18,419 nt of DNA from Amoebophrya sp. A120 (lineage: Eukaryota; Protista; Dinoflagellata), in the NCBI GenBank assembly GCA_905178155.1, contig CAJINV010000015.1, forward strand, positions 1,818,343 to 1,836,761, given 5' to 3'. Under the pieces are notes generated by a model, which did no database searches, was not told the DNA's origin, and saw only the letters and a program-made list of their open reading frames with translations. A program made the translations under genes and the position numbers. Position 1 is the stretch's first letter. Each line of letters begins with the position of its first letter. This document shows, piece by piece, positions 1-12,331 of the stretch.

Positions 1-1130
1 AAATGTATGACCGGGCAGCAGCAGGCTCGCGAGCCTGTGAGTCGAGGCTGAGGCTGGGCGGTTGGTATTTTATACCGACCAGACCCAGTATCTATCCCGG
101 TAGCCAGGACCTAGATAAGATGAGGATCTGCGTCAGGCCCTCGGGTTTGACGTTTTTCTCCCACCCCCCCTCCCTTCTGTTGCGTCTTGGTGCCGCTTTC
201 TTTCGTGCCACGGACTGATCATGAGGTCTCGCGCCACTCTTGAAGGGGAGTGTGACAGAGACCCAGGCGATGTTTTCGTCCAGAAAACAAGGGCAGGTGC
301 TCCATAGCGGGCACGCCTGCGTTCCGGGCGAAGACGACTCCCTCCGAGTCATGATCATCCCATAGGATGATCTTTCTGTGGCTGTATAAAATTAGCAGGA
401 GGATGCAGGCGAGTTGAATTGAGAAAGGGGAAAGGAGGAGAAAAGGGAGACCATTACTATACCGGAGGCCATCAGCTAGCGAGTAGCTAAAAAGCCTCGC
501 CGAAATTATAGGGCTTTTTCTTTTATAGTAGATCAAGGACGGCGAGAGCTCTTTTTAAAACCCCCCCGCCGTCCCATATTTGCATGTGCGGGGAGTCTAA
601 GTAACATGGCTTGCCAGAGTCATTGACGAACCGGGAAGATGGGAGGTGGGGAGTACCGTTTTCAGACAGGCCAGCCGCCGTGAGTGACTGCCACCTCTAT
701 TATTGGGGGAGCGTGTGTCCTCCTCGACTGAGTTGCGTGCGCGGCCCATCCGTGTTCCGCGTAAAACTCTACAGGAGAGTGCACGCCGCGTCGAGAGGCT
801 CCCTTCCGTATGGAGCGCCCCGAACTCGTTTTGGCGCACCTTTATGATGGCCTCAGTCACTGTTATGAGATGTTAGATCAGTTACAGTTTGTAAAACCCA
901 GTCTGTTTATGCTAGCAGATGGCTAGTGCGCTGCGAACCCCCAGGACCAGGCTGACTTAGTCCCGACCGAAGTGGTAGGCGCTAGGATGAACTATGTATG
1001 TAGCGCCTAGGGCCCTTCCGTGCGGCCAATATGTATGTCCCGTAACGGGGATCGCCTATGTCGGTCATTTATATGCAAGGCGATGGGTCACCCGGTCGGC
1101 AGAGCCGATCCATACGAGCGAACGAATGAT

Positions 1131-1308
1131 TGCCAAAAGTCGTCCAGTTTTGAGCAAGTCGGGAAGCAGTTTCTCATGCAGGATAGGCATGGGAAAGATC
1201 GCACAGAATCTGTCATGCTGTGTCCTGCATTCCAGACCTCATGGGTCATGGAAATTCTGCGTGACAAATCGCGCATTCTTCCAGACCCAGACATTTTTAC
1301 ATTTGATA
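1131..1308. mobile_element. Introner, family A, right end only; left boundary uncertain
   Basis: TTCCAGACCCAGACATTTTTACATTTGATA matches the right end of the 13900-14157 copy; internal GCGTGACAAA and TCTGTCATGC motifs. Confidence 0.7.
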
Positions 1309-3321
1309 CATCATCAATGTGGACGAGGGCACAAGCTCGTTTTTCCAATTTCCAAGCGTTGCGTCGCCTGGGTCACCTGCAGGTCATCAGCTTGAGAAGG
1401 AGGACAATAACATCGGGGCTGAAAGAACACTAGATGACGGCAAAACTACCGGTAAAAAGAGTCTTGCTGGGCGAGAGATGAATGGGGAGTCGGCTAGTGC
1501 TACGACAAGCCGACAAGTACAACCCCCGGATGTCGGCAGCGACGGCGGCAACAAGGATGAGAAATCTTTCCCCCCCACCGCTACCGCAGGTCGAGCAAAT
1601 CCAAGTATTGGCGTATGCACATCTACCTCTACGGCTATTGCTGGTAGTTTTGGAGCCGCTGCATCGTCCGCTGGAACGAACACGACACAGCTATCCACGC
1701 CTGGGGCGAACTTTATTCCAGCTGAACTGCAACAAGTTACAACTAATGCACCTGGAGGTAGTGCTACACCTACAGCTGGAGTTGCAGCTTCTGTTCTGCC
1801 CGGAGATATCAATTATTCGAAAAGCGCAACTTCCACTTCCCGCGCCGGTGGCCTGGCACGATCTAAATCCTCGTCCGCACTGATGATGCGAGCAGGTGCT
1901 GAAACCACGACAAGCCACAAAAATCTAAACCAGCTGACGCAGCAGGACCGGGACCAGATCGCGCAGGACTTGCAGCAGCATTCCCTGCACCAGTCGAAAT
2001 TGACGCTGGTGAAGCGACGGAAGATGATGTTTGAATTTTTCCGCTTATCAACTGCAATAGTGTCTGGGTCTGGAAGAGTTGGGGCTTGTCATGCACATTT
2101 TGCATGACCCGTGAGGTCTATGATGCTGGTGCTAGCATCACAGATTTTTTTGAGAGCTTCTTGATGCGAATTACGCATGAGAACCGCCCTCTCTGCGTGC
2201 CAAGAGCAGACTCCTCTTGCTGCTCATACAACACAGACATTTTTAGAATCCACAGACAGCATTACAAGTTCCACTCTTCCAGATCCAGACATATTTGCAA
2301 TCCATACCGCTATTGGTCGGCCCGGAATCTACTTCCGACGATTTTGAATTCCGCATCGACAACAGCGGTGGTCAGGGGAAATAATACAACAGGGGCTTCT
2401 ACTGCTTCGGGGATGTTGAACAACAACGATCCATCGAAGAACAGCACCTTCTTCCACTCCGCGTTTTTTTCCTCCCAACCGGTTCTTGATATCACGCTTT
2501 CCATCCTGCGGTCCGCGTTTTTCTACGCGACCTACCTACACATCCCGGTGCTGTTTCTCCAGTACTACCCCAAAGTCCCGAAGTCTGTCGTTGCGTTTTT
2601 CGCTAGTTTTTCGACGCAGATTTTAAAAGACGGGTTTAGGAGAATGGAGGTAGCGCGGAGCATCGTCGCCTACGCGCTGCACACGATCATTTTGTTGAAG
2701 GCGAATGGCGGGGCGGGTGCTGTGGGAGACGCGTATTGAATGCAAAGATGCAGTTTGGGCAAAAAATCCTGACACTGATGTCATGCAGCGATTTTTATTC
2801 CCCACCTAAACCAAGAAGCTCCGAAAAGCACAGCAGAGCATCACGATGATCACAGCAGGTCCTCTGCGAAGCGCCTCGAAAGAATGCCTCTTCCAGAACA
2901 TCCGCATGAGACACACACTGTCCATCTTCGCGTGGCCTGAAAACAGTGGCAGCTGCTGTTCAGGCAGGACAGATTTTTGCGTGTCTGACAGATGAGAGGA
3001 TGTTCACAAGTTTGGATGCAGCCAGACCGAGACATGTTTGCAATGCATATTTTTGGGGCCGCTGCGGGAAGAGCTACAACGTTCAAAGCCCTCCTGCCAA
3101 GACTTCGGAATCTCCTCCTGTTTTGCTGCAGCTGGGGCTTCCTGTGCCACATCCACGCGAACCCAGGCGCTTTACCGTGCTCAGTATACGACGAGCAGAA
3201 TAAGTTTTGGGTGCCGCGCAAGGACTTTTTGTCCCCCCTGACACGGAGTTTGTTGCAGTACTTTCTGGACCAGAGGGCGATCCGCCATAAACCGCTGCTC
3301 GCGATCCAGTTTAGGAATTGA
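1309..3321 (+). CDS. TMEM135-like multi-pass membrane protein, 5' part missing; exons about 1309-2045, 2312-2733, about 3055-3321
   Basis: ORFs 1319, 2086 and 2992 join in frame after removing TIR elements (FEFFR|YWSARNLLP). Segments ILRSAFFYATY, VVAFFASFSTQILKDGFRRMEVA, LLLFCCSWGFLCHIH and LTRSLLQYFL follow the motif order I recall for the TMEM135 C-terminal half. Stop TGA at 3319-3321. Confidence 0.6.
2046..2306. mobile_element. Introner, family A; direct repeat CCGCT
   Basis: TATCAACTGCAATAGTGTCTGGGTCTGGAAGAG ... CTCTTCCAGATCCAGACATATTTGCAATCCATA; CCGCT at 2041-2045 and 2307-2311. Confidence 0.92.
2734..3049. mobile_element. Introner, degenerate family A; direct repeat not preserved
   Basis: TATTGAATGCAAAGATG ... 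CCAGACCGAGACATGTTTGCAATGCATA; flanks are ACGCG and TTTTT. Confidence 0.8.
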
Positions 3322-5001
3322 GGAGGAGAGGGTGATCGAAACCAAGAAAACGTTAATGCAAAAATTGGCGCGAAGATGGGATAAGCACTCTGCAGGAAGT
3401 ATTTGTACTGATGCACCGAGTTGAAGGTCCGGCTGGAAGTAAGGACTTAGATTACAACTAGAAAGAAAAAGATTTTTATTGACTTGACGTTTCAACGCGA
3501 ACGCGGCTCACCTGTACTAGACACCACAACCGTTTGCGATTTAGGTCCATCTTTTAAACGCTACAGCTGAGAAAGTAGTGCCGAATTTTTCTTGTAAAGT
3601 GTCTTGTTGCTTGCTCAATGTTGTGCTGTATACTGCTGGAGTAGAGCAAGACGAACATCGATCTCCATAAAATAAAAAGTCACATCCTTATTGTGTAGCC
3701 GTCAGTAGTTACTGACAGAAGTGCAAGAAGCCATTCAGAACATAAGGAATACTTCTAGGATCGTATCGGTATCGGCGTAGAGCTTTTGAGTTCTTTGTGA
3801 GTTTGTGGAGGGTGTGATTTTCCTAAAATGTAAGTTGTAGGCTTTTATCTACAAAAATAGGATGAAATTAGACGAGTTTGGAAAGTCGACTGTGCACAAG
3901 AAAGAAGAGTATGTCGATAGAACGCACGTCTTGGTGCAGGTGCAGCAACGCCATGATAGTTTTCAATATAAGATCAAGATGAAGATCGCCCTTGTACTTG
4001 CAGCTTACCAGCAGTTGTCTACATTTTTCGCCAGCATGGCTAGAAAGAACCTCATCTTCATGAAGTTTAGTGTGGGAATCTCGACTTCTATGACAACGAG
4101 GAAGAAATTGATTCTTCATGCGACGGAGAGGACTACTTACAGCAGCTGTGCGGGCACGGACGCGGACGCGAAAATTTAGATTGGCACGTTTTGGAGGCTA
4201 AACTGAGCGATCTCAAATGAAATTTAGATCTAGGCAATGCCTGTGCAAGGTCTTATCCGATCATCGAGAAATAGGTCACCAGTGGCTGCTCTAAGAAAAT
4301 TGTCGAGCGCCAAGGTAGTTGCGAAACAGATCCACGAGAATTTGGAGTAGTGGTCAGAGGGTCGTCTCCGAATTACGAATTTAGAGTCACTGTAGCTGTA
4401 TCGGTGAAAATCAAAGGTAAAGAAGTACAGGAAGCTGTGTGTTAGTCTCAGCTCTGTACAACGTCAACGACCAGAGAATCCCCGGAACGAAAAACGTATT
4501 CGATCTGAAAAAATCTCAGAGGAATAGAAGAAACGCAAGAATGTGAATATGTTGGAAGTGGATCTTGTTATCACCTGGATCCTTTGTTGGTCCGCTCCGC
4601 CCAGTAAAAATCACGCAAAAAAACGATCTTGTAAAAAATTGCGAATCGCCTACAAAGACAAAGGAGTCGTGAGATCCCATGATCCAATAGATCATCTAAG
4701 TACAACACCCAAAAATTGTTGTGAAGATCCTGAGGGAGAGGACCAACGGAATGCAGTGGCGATCCAAGAGGAGTTCCCGAGAAATCAAATTTAAATGCAG
4801 AAGAGGTCCTCCACATGAAGATCACACGAGGAATCATTATCGCTACTCGCATGTCGAACCCGAAGAAAAATCTAAATTGCTCTGGTGTCTTTTCATCTGA
4901 ATCTCTCATTTCGACGAAAACTAAAACAGGGACAAAGAAACCTAAGTGTGGACACACTTCTGATAGGACACTAGAACAACACCCCAAAAAACTTCTCCAA
5001 A

Positions 5002-5440
5002 ATGGACGCCGCATCTGAAAAGAAGTACGCTCGCGTTGTCGAGGTCTTGGGCCGAACCGGTTCCCGTGGTGGCGTCATCCAGGTACTTATATTTGTCATG
5101 CGTCATGCCAACTACTGACGGAGGTGCTGCTGTGCGACGGCGCATCAGAAATTTAAATAATTCATCGGTCTTTAGATTTTTTGAGGTTTGGTAGGTACAT
5201 CTCCAGGCTGATTGCGCCACTGGTACTGATTTTATTCTTTTCATCTCGTTGTCTGATTTCAGCAGTTGAAATTATCGAAAAAAAAAACGAACTTCTCAGG
5301 TGAAGGTGGAGTTTCTCACTGAGGAGGGATCCGTCGTCCCGGGGGGTCGTAAGCTCGTCCGTAACGTCAAGGGCCCGATCCGTGAAGGTGACGTGTTGTG
5401 CCTGCTCGAAACCGAGCGTGAGGCCCGCCGCTTGCGTTAA
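5002..5440 (+). CDS. RPS28: 40S ribosomal protein S28 (eS28); exons 5002-5082 and 5300-5440
   Basis: [27 protein letters not shown]|VKVEFL...[30 protein letters not shown] has the eS28 signatures ([22 protein letters not shown]). Missed by the ORF track. Confidence 0.98.
5083..5299 (+). other. Canonical GT-AG intron of RPS28 (217 nt)
   Basis: CAG|GTACTT...TTCTCAG|GTG; removal joins the eS28 halves in frame. Confidence 0.95.
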
Positions 5441-6477
5441 GTGGAATGATCCAAGGGAAAGCTGTTGTGATGTCGCGCTTCGCGTGGAACAGCATTGGGT
5501 TGTGATGTCGCTCTTCGCGCATCACAGATTCTTGGGGGATTACAACTCTGTTGAGCAGTCGACAACGTTGAACACGACTTAGGATGAAATAAGTGTCTAC
5601 TATTTGAAGTCCACAACATATTAAAGTAAGAAGCTTCTGGCGCTGCCTCTGAAACGTCAAAAGAGGACAAGTGTCGGTTTAGGTCTGTGCCTTTTGTTCT
5701 GTGGTGTTCTAGTACAACAAGTTGGGTGAACAGCTGCTGTACAGATGCTGGCAACGATTAGTGCGAGTGGCGCACAGAGCGTAGTGTTGAAACATGCCGG
5801 CAGCGGCAACTAAGTATGTGCGTAGTCCTTACAGCTGATGAGAGTCTTCTTCACTGTCGAGAGAAAAATGTGAGATGCAGCTATGAACAAAAGCCAGGCT
5901 GTGTGTAATTACCTCGCGTGGCGCAGTAGTTTCTGCGGAGAATAATGAGCGCGTACTGTAGAGTATTTAGCGGAGTAGTAGACTCCGTGGCAACACGACC
6001 ACGCGCACCGCACGACATATACATCATCAACTCTAACTTCAGTGGTAATTGCGTCTGTACTGTGTCGAGAGCGAGATGATCACAGAACTTGAAAGTCCCT
6101 CCGGACGCAAGACTACTGTGACATCTAAATTCGTTTTTAGAATTTTTTATATAGCAGCTTCATGATGAGGATGAGATTCATATCGACACGCCAACAGTTT
6201 ATTGATTCGACCACGTGCGGCGCTGCGTAGTTCGCTGTTGCCATCGGTGCATTTCCAGGCGACCTCTACGCAGGAGTGCCAAGGCGCAGTCGCCTTCAGC
6301 TCTGCATCTCGAGGTGATATCGTTTCCTAGTGTGAAGTTGATTCGACCTAGAGGTCGTTAACGTCTCCATTGCCGTCGATTCATCGCCGACTTGAAGCAG
6401 AAGTGTTTCGCTGGGATTCGAATCGGACCGTGCGACACCTGCAAGATCAACTCGAGCAACGAGGCCCGTCGAAGAAA

Positions 6478-9400
6478 ATGCTAAACGTCGACTTCTTTCT
6501 CCGCCGCTTCTTGCACTACTCGGAAGGCGTCCACAGGTCCGCCAGCCCTTCCACTTCTCATGCAGAGAAGCGACCAGCACCAGAAGGAGGAGCGGGGAGT
6601 GGAGCAGTATATCCTCCCGCAGCTGCGTCATTCGACGCCGACAACATGATGACGACAACAACGTCTCACGGAGATAATACTGCTGTAGGTGTACTAGCGC
6701 ATCAGCAAGATCTCGCCGCCCCGCCGCCGGGAGGATCAGATTCCGGCTTCTTCACAGTAACCTTTCGCTCAGGTGGAGCTGCTGCTGCGCACAGCCCCCA
6801 GCCATCCAAACCGTCCAGTAGTCCGCGCATCTCGCAAGTGGCGCCGCTGGAGCTGCTGGAAGCCCAGCACGCGATGACAGCGGCAGACGTGCAGTCTACT
6901 TCACGTGGTGTGGATGGAGCTCCATTAGCATCTGCCGAAATATTAAACTCGAGAAATCAACAATCGGAGGGAGATCAGATTCCTGGTGGAGCACCAGGCG
7001 CAGCATCTTCTACTGCAAGTACACGCAGGAGCAGCCTAGTGAAGAAGGGCACCGTTGGTTTGGAAGGCTCGTCCGAACAAACCATGTTTGAAAAGTTCCA
7101 GTTTGCCATGGCGATCACATCGGGGTCGTATTTCATGGTGGTTGCGATCGGCACGAAGGACATTTACTTGCTAGAATTCGGCGCGGACGCGACCATTCTC
7201 GGCACCTATTGGATCGTATTGAATTTCTGCGCACCGTTTTTGAACATTTTGTTCGGGTCCCTGATTCGCATCTACGCGGAAAACAAGGCTGCAGGAGTTT
7301 CTTCATCTTCTACAACAACTTCGGGCCGCGGATTGTCATCTTCCTCTAACTCTGTGGGTGGTGGGATGAATAAAGCGACTTCTTCTACTTCAACAGCCAC
7401 GAATGTTGAGAGCGGCCCAGCAGCACTCACGTCCACCAGCGCCGGCACGGCTGTCACAGGAGCCTTGTCTTCAGCTTCGCCAACTAAAAGTGCAACAACA
7501 TCATCGAAGAATAAAAAGCCGCCCTACTGGGGTCAGTTTGGGGGCTGGCTGTTGCTGGGCTGCATTCTCGGGTCCTGTTCCAGTTGCGCCATGTGGCTAC
7601 CGGGCGTGCGACCCACAGCCTCCTCCGCGGACGACAATCCACCGTTTTTCACCATCGAGCTTTGGTTCTTCATCACGGCGCTGTTCTGCTGGAGTTCGTT
7701 TCTCGTGCTGGTCCTGGTGTACGAATCCTCCCGAGTGTGCCTATACCCGTTTAAGGAAGAGAGAGTGACGGTGGAGGGGTTCACGAAACTGCTGTTCCTG
7801 GCCGTGATTGTCCTGTTTCTGGGCATTTACCTGACCTACACATCGGCGCCCAGTGTGGGGTTACAAGTGTTCGTCGCGGTCTTGTCGTTTGTTCTCGGGA
7901 ATTTGTCTCTAGTCGCGCTGAAGATGGTCCGAAGGGCGAGGCAGCCGGCGAAGAAAGTAACAAGGGAAAAGCGGAATGATCTTTGGAAAGAAGAAGGCAG
8001 CTGCGACAGGAGTATAGATGATGGAAACAAAGAGAATAACAATAAACCGCCAGTACTAGCATTAGACGTGGTTTCCCAACAGCAACAAAACGTCAGTTCC
8101 ACACCGGCAGGCGAGTCTCAGGATTTCACAACAACTCTGGAAGACCACACTGCGGATCAGGACGATGATCGCGGGAAGAAATCAAAGTCAGACTCCTCTT
8201 CTTCTGGACCAGAAGCTGAAAAAATAATAGAGCATGGAGATGAACTTGAACATCAACTGCACGCACGGCCACATAAAAACGTTATCGTACAACCCACCGC
8301 CTCGACAAGTTCGACGACAAGTTTCTCTACTGCGAAGTTGGCGATTCCGTTTTCCCTGTCTGCGATTTTCGCGCAGGCGAGGCAAGACCTGCACGACTAC
8401 TACATCGCCTTTACCACGTACGACGCGAACTTTTGGATTTGCCTCACCCGGTTCGCGACCGGTTGTTGGGAGGGCAGTCTGGCCGCGTGTGGGTTTTTCT
8501 ACATAACCTACGTGTGCGAACTGTCCCGCGCGGACCGGTTGGAGTGGGCGGGATACATAGCGGTCTCGACGTCGCTTGTGGAATTGGTGTTGATTCCGTT
8601 TTATGAATTGCAAAAGTATCGTACTCGCACTAATTGCAAACATGCATGACAAAAAATCCTGTTTCTTAGCCAAATCAACATCACAAGCTCTATTTTTCCT
8701 TCTGAAAAAATTTCTATTGCGATTTGTACTGGTGCGATGGTTTTGGAATGCATACGTTTTGGGTGAGATTCTTCTCCGACGTGAAAAAAAGGAACGAACA
8801 AGTGCACACCATGCAGAAGATGATCAGTGCAATGCGAGGACTGGACGCGGTCTTTATGATGTTCTTCACGCTACTTGGTGGCTTCGTGTTGACCTCAACA
8901 TCTTCAAGCGGGTCATCTTCCAACAGCTCTACTGCGGCCTCACCGGCCGCGTTCCTCTTCATGGCGGTTGTCAGCAGGATCTTGTTTTCGCCGTTCACCT
9001 ACTGGAGGATATCGGCGCAGTGTATCCACAGAAATAAAGAACCGATCCCGATCCATATTTTGGCATGCATTTTGGCATGGCAAACACTGAACTTGATCCA
9101 TGTTTTGCATGACAAAGTGGAAGGTTTTTGATGTGGTGCAGCCGGGTACTATGCATGACAAATTGGATAGGGATCATGGGTTTTTTTCTAGGGACACAGT
9201 GCTGGTGCATCGACGAACATTCGCACAAAACCGGGAAGCGGGAGGAGGCTCTGTAGAGTTTTTTTTGGACGACGAGTACAGCATGAGAGATTTCATTTTC
9301 GCAGCTGATCCACTACTACATTAGCATGGCAAATTCAACATTAGTTTTAGTGCGTTCATTTTACACTCGCAGCTGAAAAACAAAAATTCTAAATCCAGGT

Positions 9401-10627
9401 TTTACGCCCTGCACGCTTTTTGGTACGAAGTCGGGCGAGGTCTGATAGGCTCCATTTCTTTCTGGGGTATGGGCTTCATTGGCGGTTTGAAAACCCGAGA
9501 CTGCTTGAAGGCTTGCACCGACGACGATCTTGTCGCAGGACAAGTGGACGAAACGACGTGCCTGGACCAGTGCTACGACCTGAATCTGAAGGAGCAACCG
9601 GAGTCGCTGAAGGTTATGGATGTGTCAGGATCGAAATCGTCAAAGTTGAAATAGTTTGTCATGCAGAAAGAGCAACGCAAAAATTGTCTCTATTGCAGAG
9701 GACGCAAGGGAGGCAGACTGTGACTGTAAGCCTGTTGCGGGGTAGAAGTTGAGCTGCTAAAGTAGTATTACAAAAGGCGTCTTCCCTTACCCAAACAGCA
9801 TTACAAACTGACTTCATGTCTACTGCGCCACTTGAAAACTAGGCGCCAACTGGTATCCGTTTTGTGCATCACAAATTTCAACAATCAACATCAACTCTGA
9901 CGATTTCGATCCTGACACTCCCATAAAGGTGTACCTGAAATTAATGTACTTGGTCATCTGCCCGCTCTTCGAGTTGCTCGCGAGTTACTGCATTTGGAAG
10001 TTCCCGTATGAGAGTGCACAACTCCCCCTCCCCCTCATTCGTCATGCAAAATTCCAAATCCACCCTTTGCCTGTTAGCGCTGCTTGCATGAGAGATTCCG
10101 GAAGTAGCCAAAACAGCACTACAATCCCCTGGGAATTTGTCATGCAAAAGCTGCATCTTTGCCAGCCGTTGTGATGCTGTTCATGCAACACATATGAGGG
10201 GGAGGGGGAGTTGTGCACTTTCATATCCCGATTACCGGGGAGAGATTGCTGCAACTGTACGAAAACCAAGGCAACCACTTTGTCAAGGTCGATCTGCTAT
10301 GTTGATTGCAAAAGTACTAAAGCGTACTGTGTGTACAAATTGCAATACAAATTGGTTACATGTTGAGCTTGTAATGCGGATTTACCTTAACAGTAACAAG
10401 AACAACTTGTAATGCATGAGCATGATTGGGATAGGGATTACGAGTGCGATAGTATTTGCAATGCATATGTGAACGCGGAATTGGATTCGACTAGCTCGGA
10501 AAGGTGTAGTATTTCGAATGGAGTAGAAGGTCTTGCCCCTGCTGGTGCAGCTACCGATGCTAATGCAAATACTGTTTCTACAACTGCGCAGAAAGAGGAA
10601 GTCGACGAAGTGGCGGTGGCAAGTTAA
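6478..10627 (+). CDS. MFS_2/GPH-family (MelB/MFSD2-like) transporter; exons about 6478-8601, 8760-9022, 9202-9252, 9399-9614, 9931-10006, 10231-10297, 10473-10627
   Basis: Many hydrophobic segments. Spliced junctions give LIPF|WVRFF, SAQC|WCIDEHSHKTGKREEAL|FYAL (like the GPH 'IDxD..TGxRREGxF' motif), SLKV|YLKL and WKFP|ITGERL. Start uncertain: the frame is open from about 6352, first ATG at 6478. Confidence 0.8.
8602..8754. mobile_element. Introner, family C; direct repeat CGTTT
   Basis: TATGAATTGCAAAAGTATCGTAC ... GTGCGATGGTTTTGGAATGCATA; CGTTT at 8597-8601 and 8755-8759. Confidence 0.92.
9023..9196. mobile_element. Introner, family E; direct repeat CAGTG
   Basis: TATCCACAGAAATAAAGAACCGATCCCGATCCA ... 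TGGATAGGGATCATGGGTTTTTTTCTAGGGACA (imperfect TIR, ends ACA); CAGTG at 9018-9022 and 9197-9201. Confidence 0.88.
9253..9398 (+). other. Canonical GT-AG intron (146 nt) in the transporter gene
   Basis: CT|GTAGAG...ATCCAG|G TTT TAC; removal deletes an in-frame TAG and gives KREEALFYALHAF. Confidence 0.8.
9615..9925. mobile_element. Introner, family B; direct repeat AAGGT
   Basis: TATGGATGTGTCAGGATCGAAATCGTCAAAGTTGA ... TCAACTCTGACGATTTCGATCCTGACACTCCCATA; AAGGT at 9610-9614 and 9926-9930. Confidence 0.95.
10007..10225. mobile_element. Introner, family D; direct repeat TCCCG
   Basis: TATGAGAGTGCACAACTCCCCCTCCCCCTCAT ... ATGAGGGGGAGGGGGAGTTGTGCACTTTCATA; TCCCG at 10002-10006 and 10226-10230. Confidence 0.95.
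10298..10467. mobile_element. Introner, degenerate family C; repeat TCTGC/TGTGA
   Basis: TATGTTGATTGCAAAAGTAC ... CGAGTGCGATAGTATTTGCAATGCATA; removing 175 nt links to the last exon (NAELDST...). Confidence 0.78.
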
Positions 10628-12331
10628 TAAGTAGAGCCGGACGCGGACACGTGCAAAAATCAACACAGTCGACAGTCCCCTGGGGCTGCTGATGTCAGCC
10701 TGAGAGGTAGAAGAAGGCGATGAGGATAATTTGTGCTTGTCTGCTATATGTAAAGCTCCATTGGCGTAGTTTCGTCGACGGAAAAATTAGTCTCGTGCGT
10801 TCGACGTTCATCTTGCGCCTCGACGTTTTATTTGTCCTCACGATGAAAATTATGGTTGCGAGGATGAGGTCATCTTTCTGCGCTCGTGCAAGTAGCACCC
10901 AAGAACATCGAGATTCTTCTACTTTGAATCACGAGCTGCAACACGAAAGTCAAATGTCGTGAATGAAACCCAAGAAAGAGGGACGGGATGAAAAGTAAAA
11001 GTTGACTGTTTATACTGGCCAAGAAGGAAAACGAGAAGGACACCGCTCACGGGCAAGTCCGTAAGGTAAAATAGTGAAGTAGATCTAGATACTTCTGCTG
11101 AGATATTAGAGCTTCAACTTTCCATTGCCATGATTGGAAGAGCTGAATTTGATTTTGGACTGTTTCGAACATTATAGAAAGTGTTTTAGTCGAAGTATCA
11201 AGTGCTTTTGCCTTAGTATGGTCTTATTGTCGCGGTCTCCAGTAGTAATACTAGGAAATCGGTACTACTCTTACTATTTTTCACCCGCGTGCTATTTTTT
11301 GCGGCTCTGGCACTTGGCAGTACGTAGGTCACTACTGCACGACGCTGATCCCGCAGCAGCGAGTCGGCTTACAAGTTTTTCTAGTACACATGCTGAGTTA
11401 TGAAAAGTATTGTGCTTGATAAGTACTCTTTCAGTTTGGTTCACTGATAAATTTCCATCATGATGATTTCACATTTGTTTGCAGGACGACTCACTTGTTT
11501 GCAGGGCTGTGCATCGCCAAACAAGATAGAGATAAAAGTCAAAGTTTTTCAAAGCAAGCAGCAGGGTTGTTGTCAACTCCTGGAGCAACTCGTTTGCTCC
11601 CTGGTCTTGCGGACCCTTGAATGAATGCGTGTCGTGTGTTCATCTTTGTTTGCAAGAACAGTAGGATAGTCTTGCTCGCAGTACAACAGGAACAATCAGA
11701 GAGATCATAATTATGCTCGTTGAGGTTTGATATTGACGGCAAACGGACGAAACCGAAATCATTACCATTGTAGTTCCGCTTGTACTTGTTCCAGAACGAA
11801 GGTCGTGGCCAAAGTTATCACGATTGGAATCTATCTTCGGCTGGACGACTGAACAGAGGTTCTTGACCAAAAAATTGCCAGGATCTCACTTCTAGCTATT
11901 ATCGCATCGTCGCGAGCGAATCTGCTTCGGCATTTTGATTTTTCGAAAATCAGATTTTTCATCTTCAGGTCCAAAAATAAATGACAATGACCTCGCCCTC
12001 CCCGCGTCGAGAAATGTGTCATGGATAAAAAAGTTATAAGGATCTAGAAGATGAAGATCATCACCACCGCTCAAGGACACCGAAACGCGCTCTCCTGACG
12101 CCGATCTATCAAATAACTAAAGCGCTGCTGACTCCACCCACTCCGTCGAGACTCATTGATTATTCATGGCTTTGGACGAGCTTCGGTTTTTCTTCTTTTT
12201 AGGCAAACGGGTTCGACGCTTGATCATTTTTGTTTCTTCCAGCAAGCTGTAATCTTCCCGAGAACTACCCAAGACCTGTGACCTGAAAAATCTTGCGCTA
12301 TTTTTACAACACGTTCTGAAAATCGGGAAAG

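Noticed and set aside
6-1114. Possible TAT...ATA element spanning the start of the window
   Set aside because: The TIR match is poor and the flanks (AAATG, CGAGC) do not form a repeat.
2737-2739. Apparent in-frame TGA (also 1304-1306) suggesting stop-codon reassignment
   Set aside because: Both lie inside the element termini once the TAT/ATA boundaries are recognised; the long exons have no internal stops.
3862-4179. 105-aa ORF
   Set aside because: No recognisable motif; lies in spacer-like sequence.
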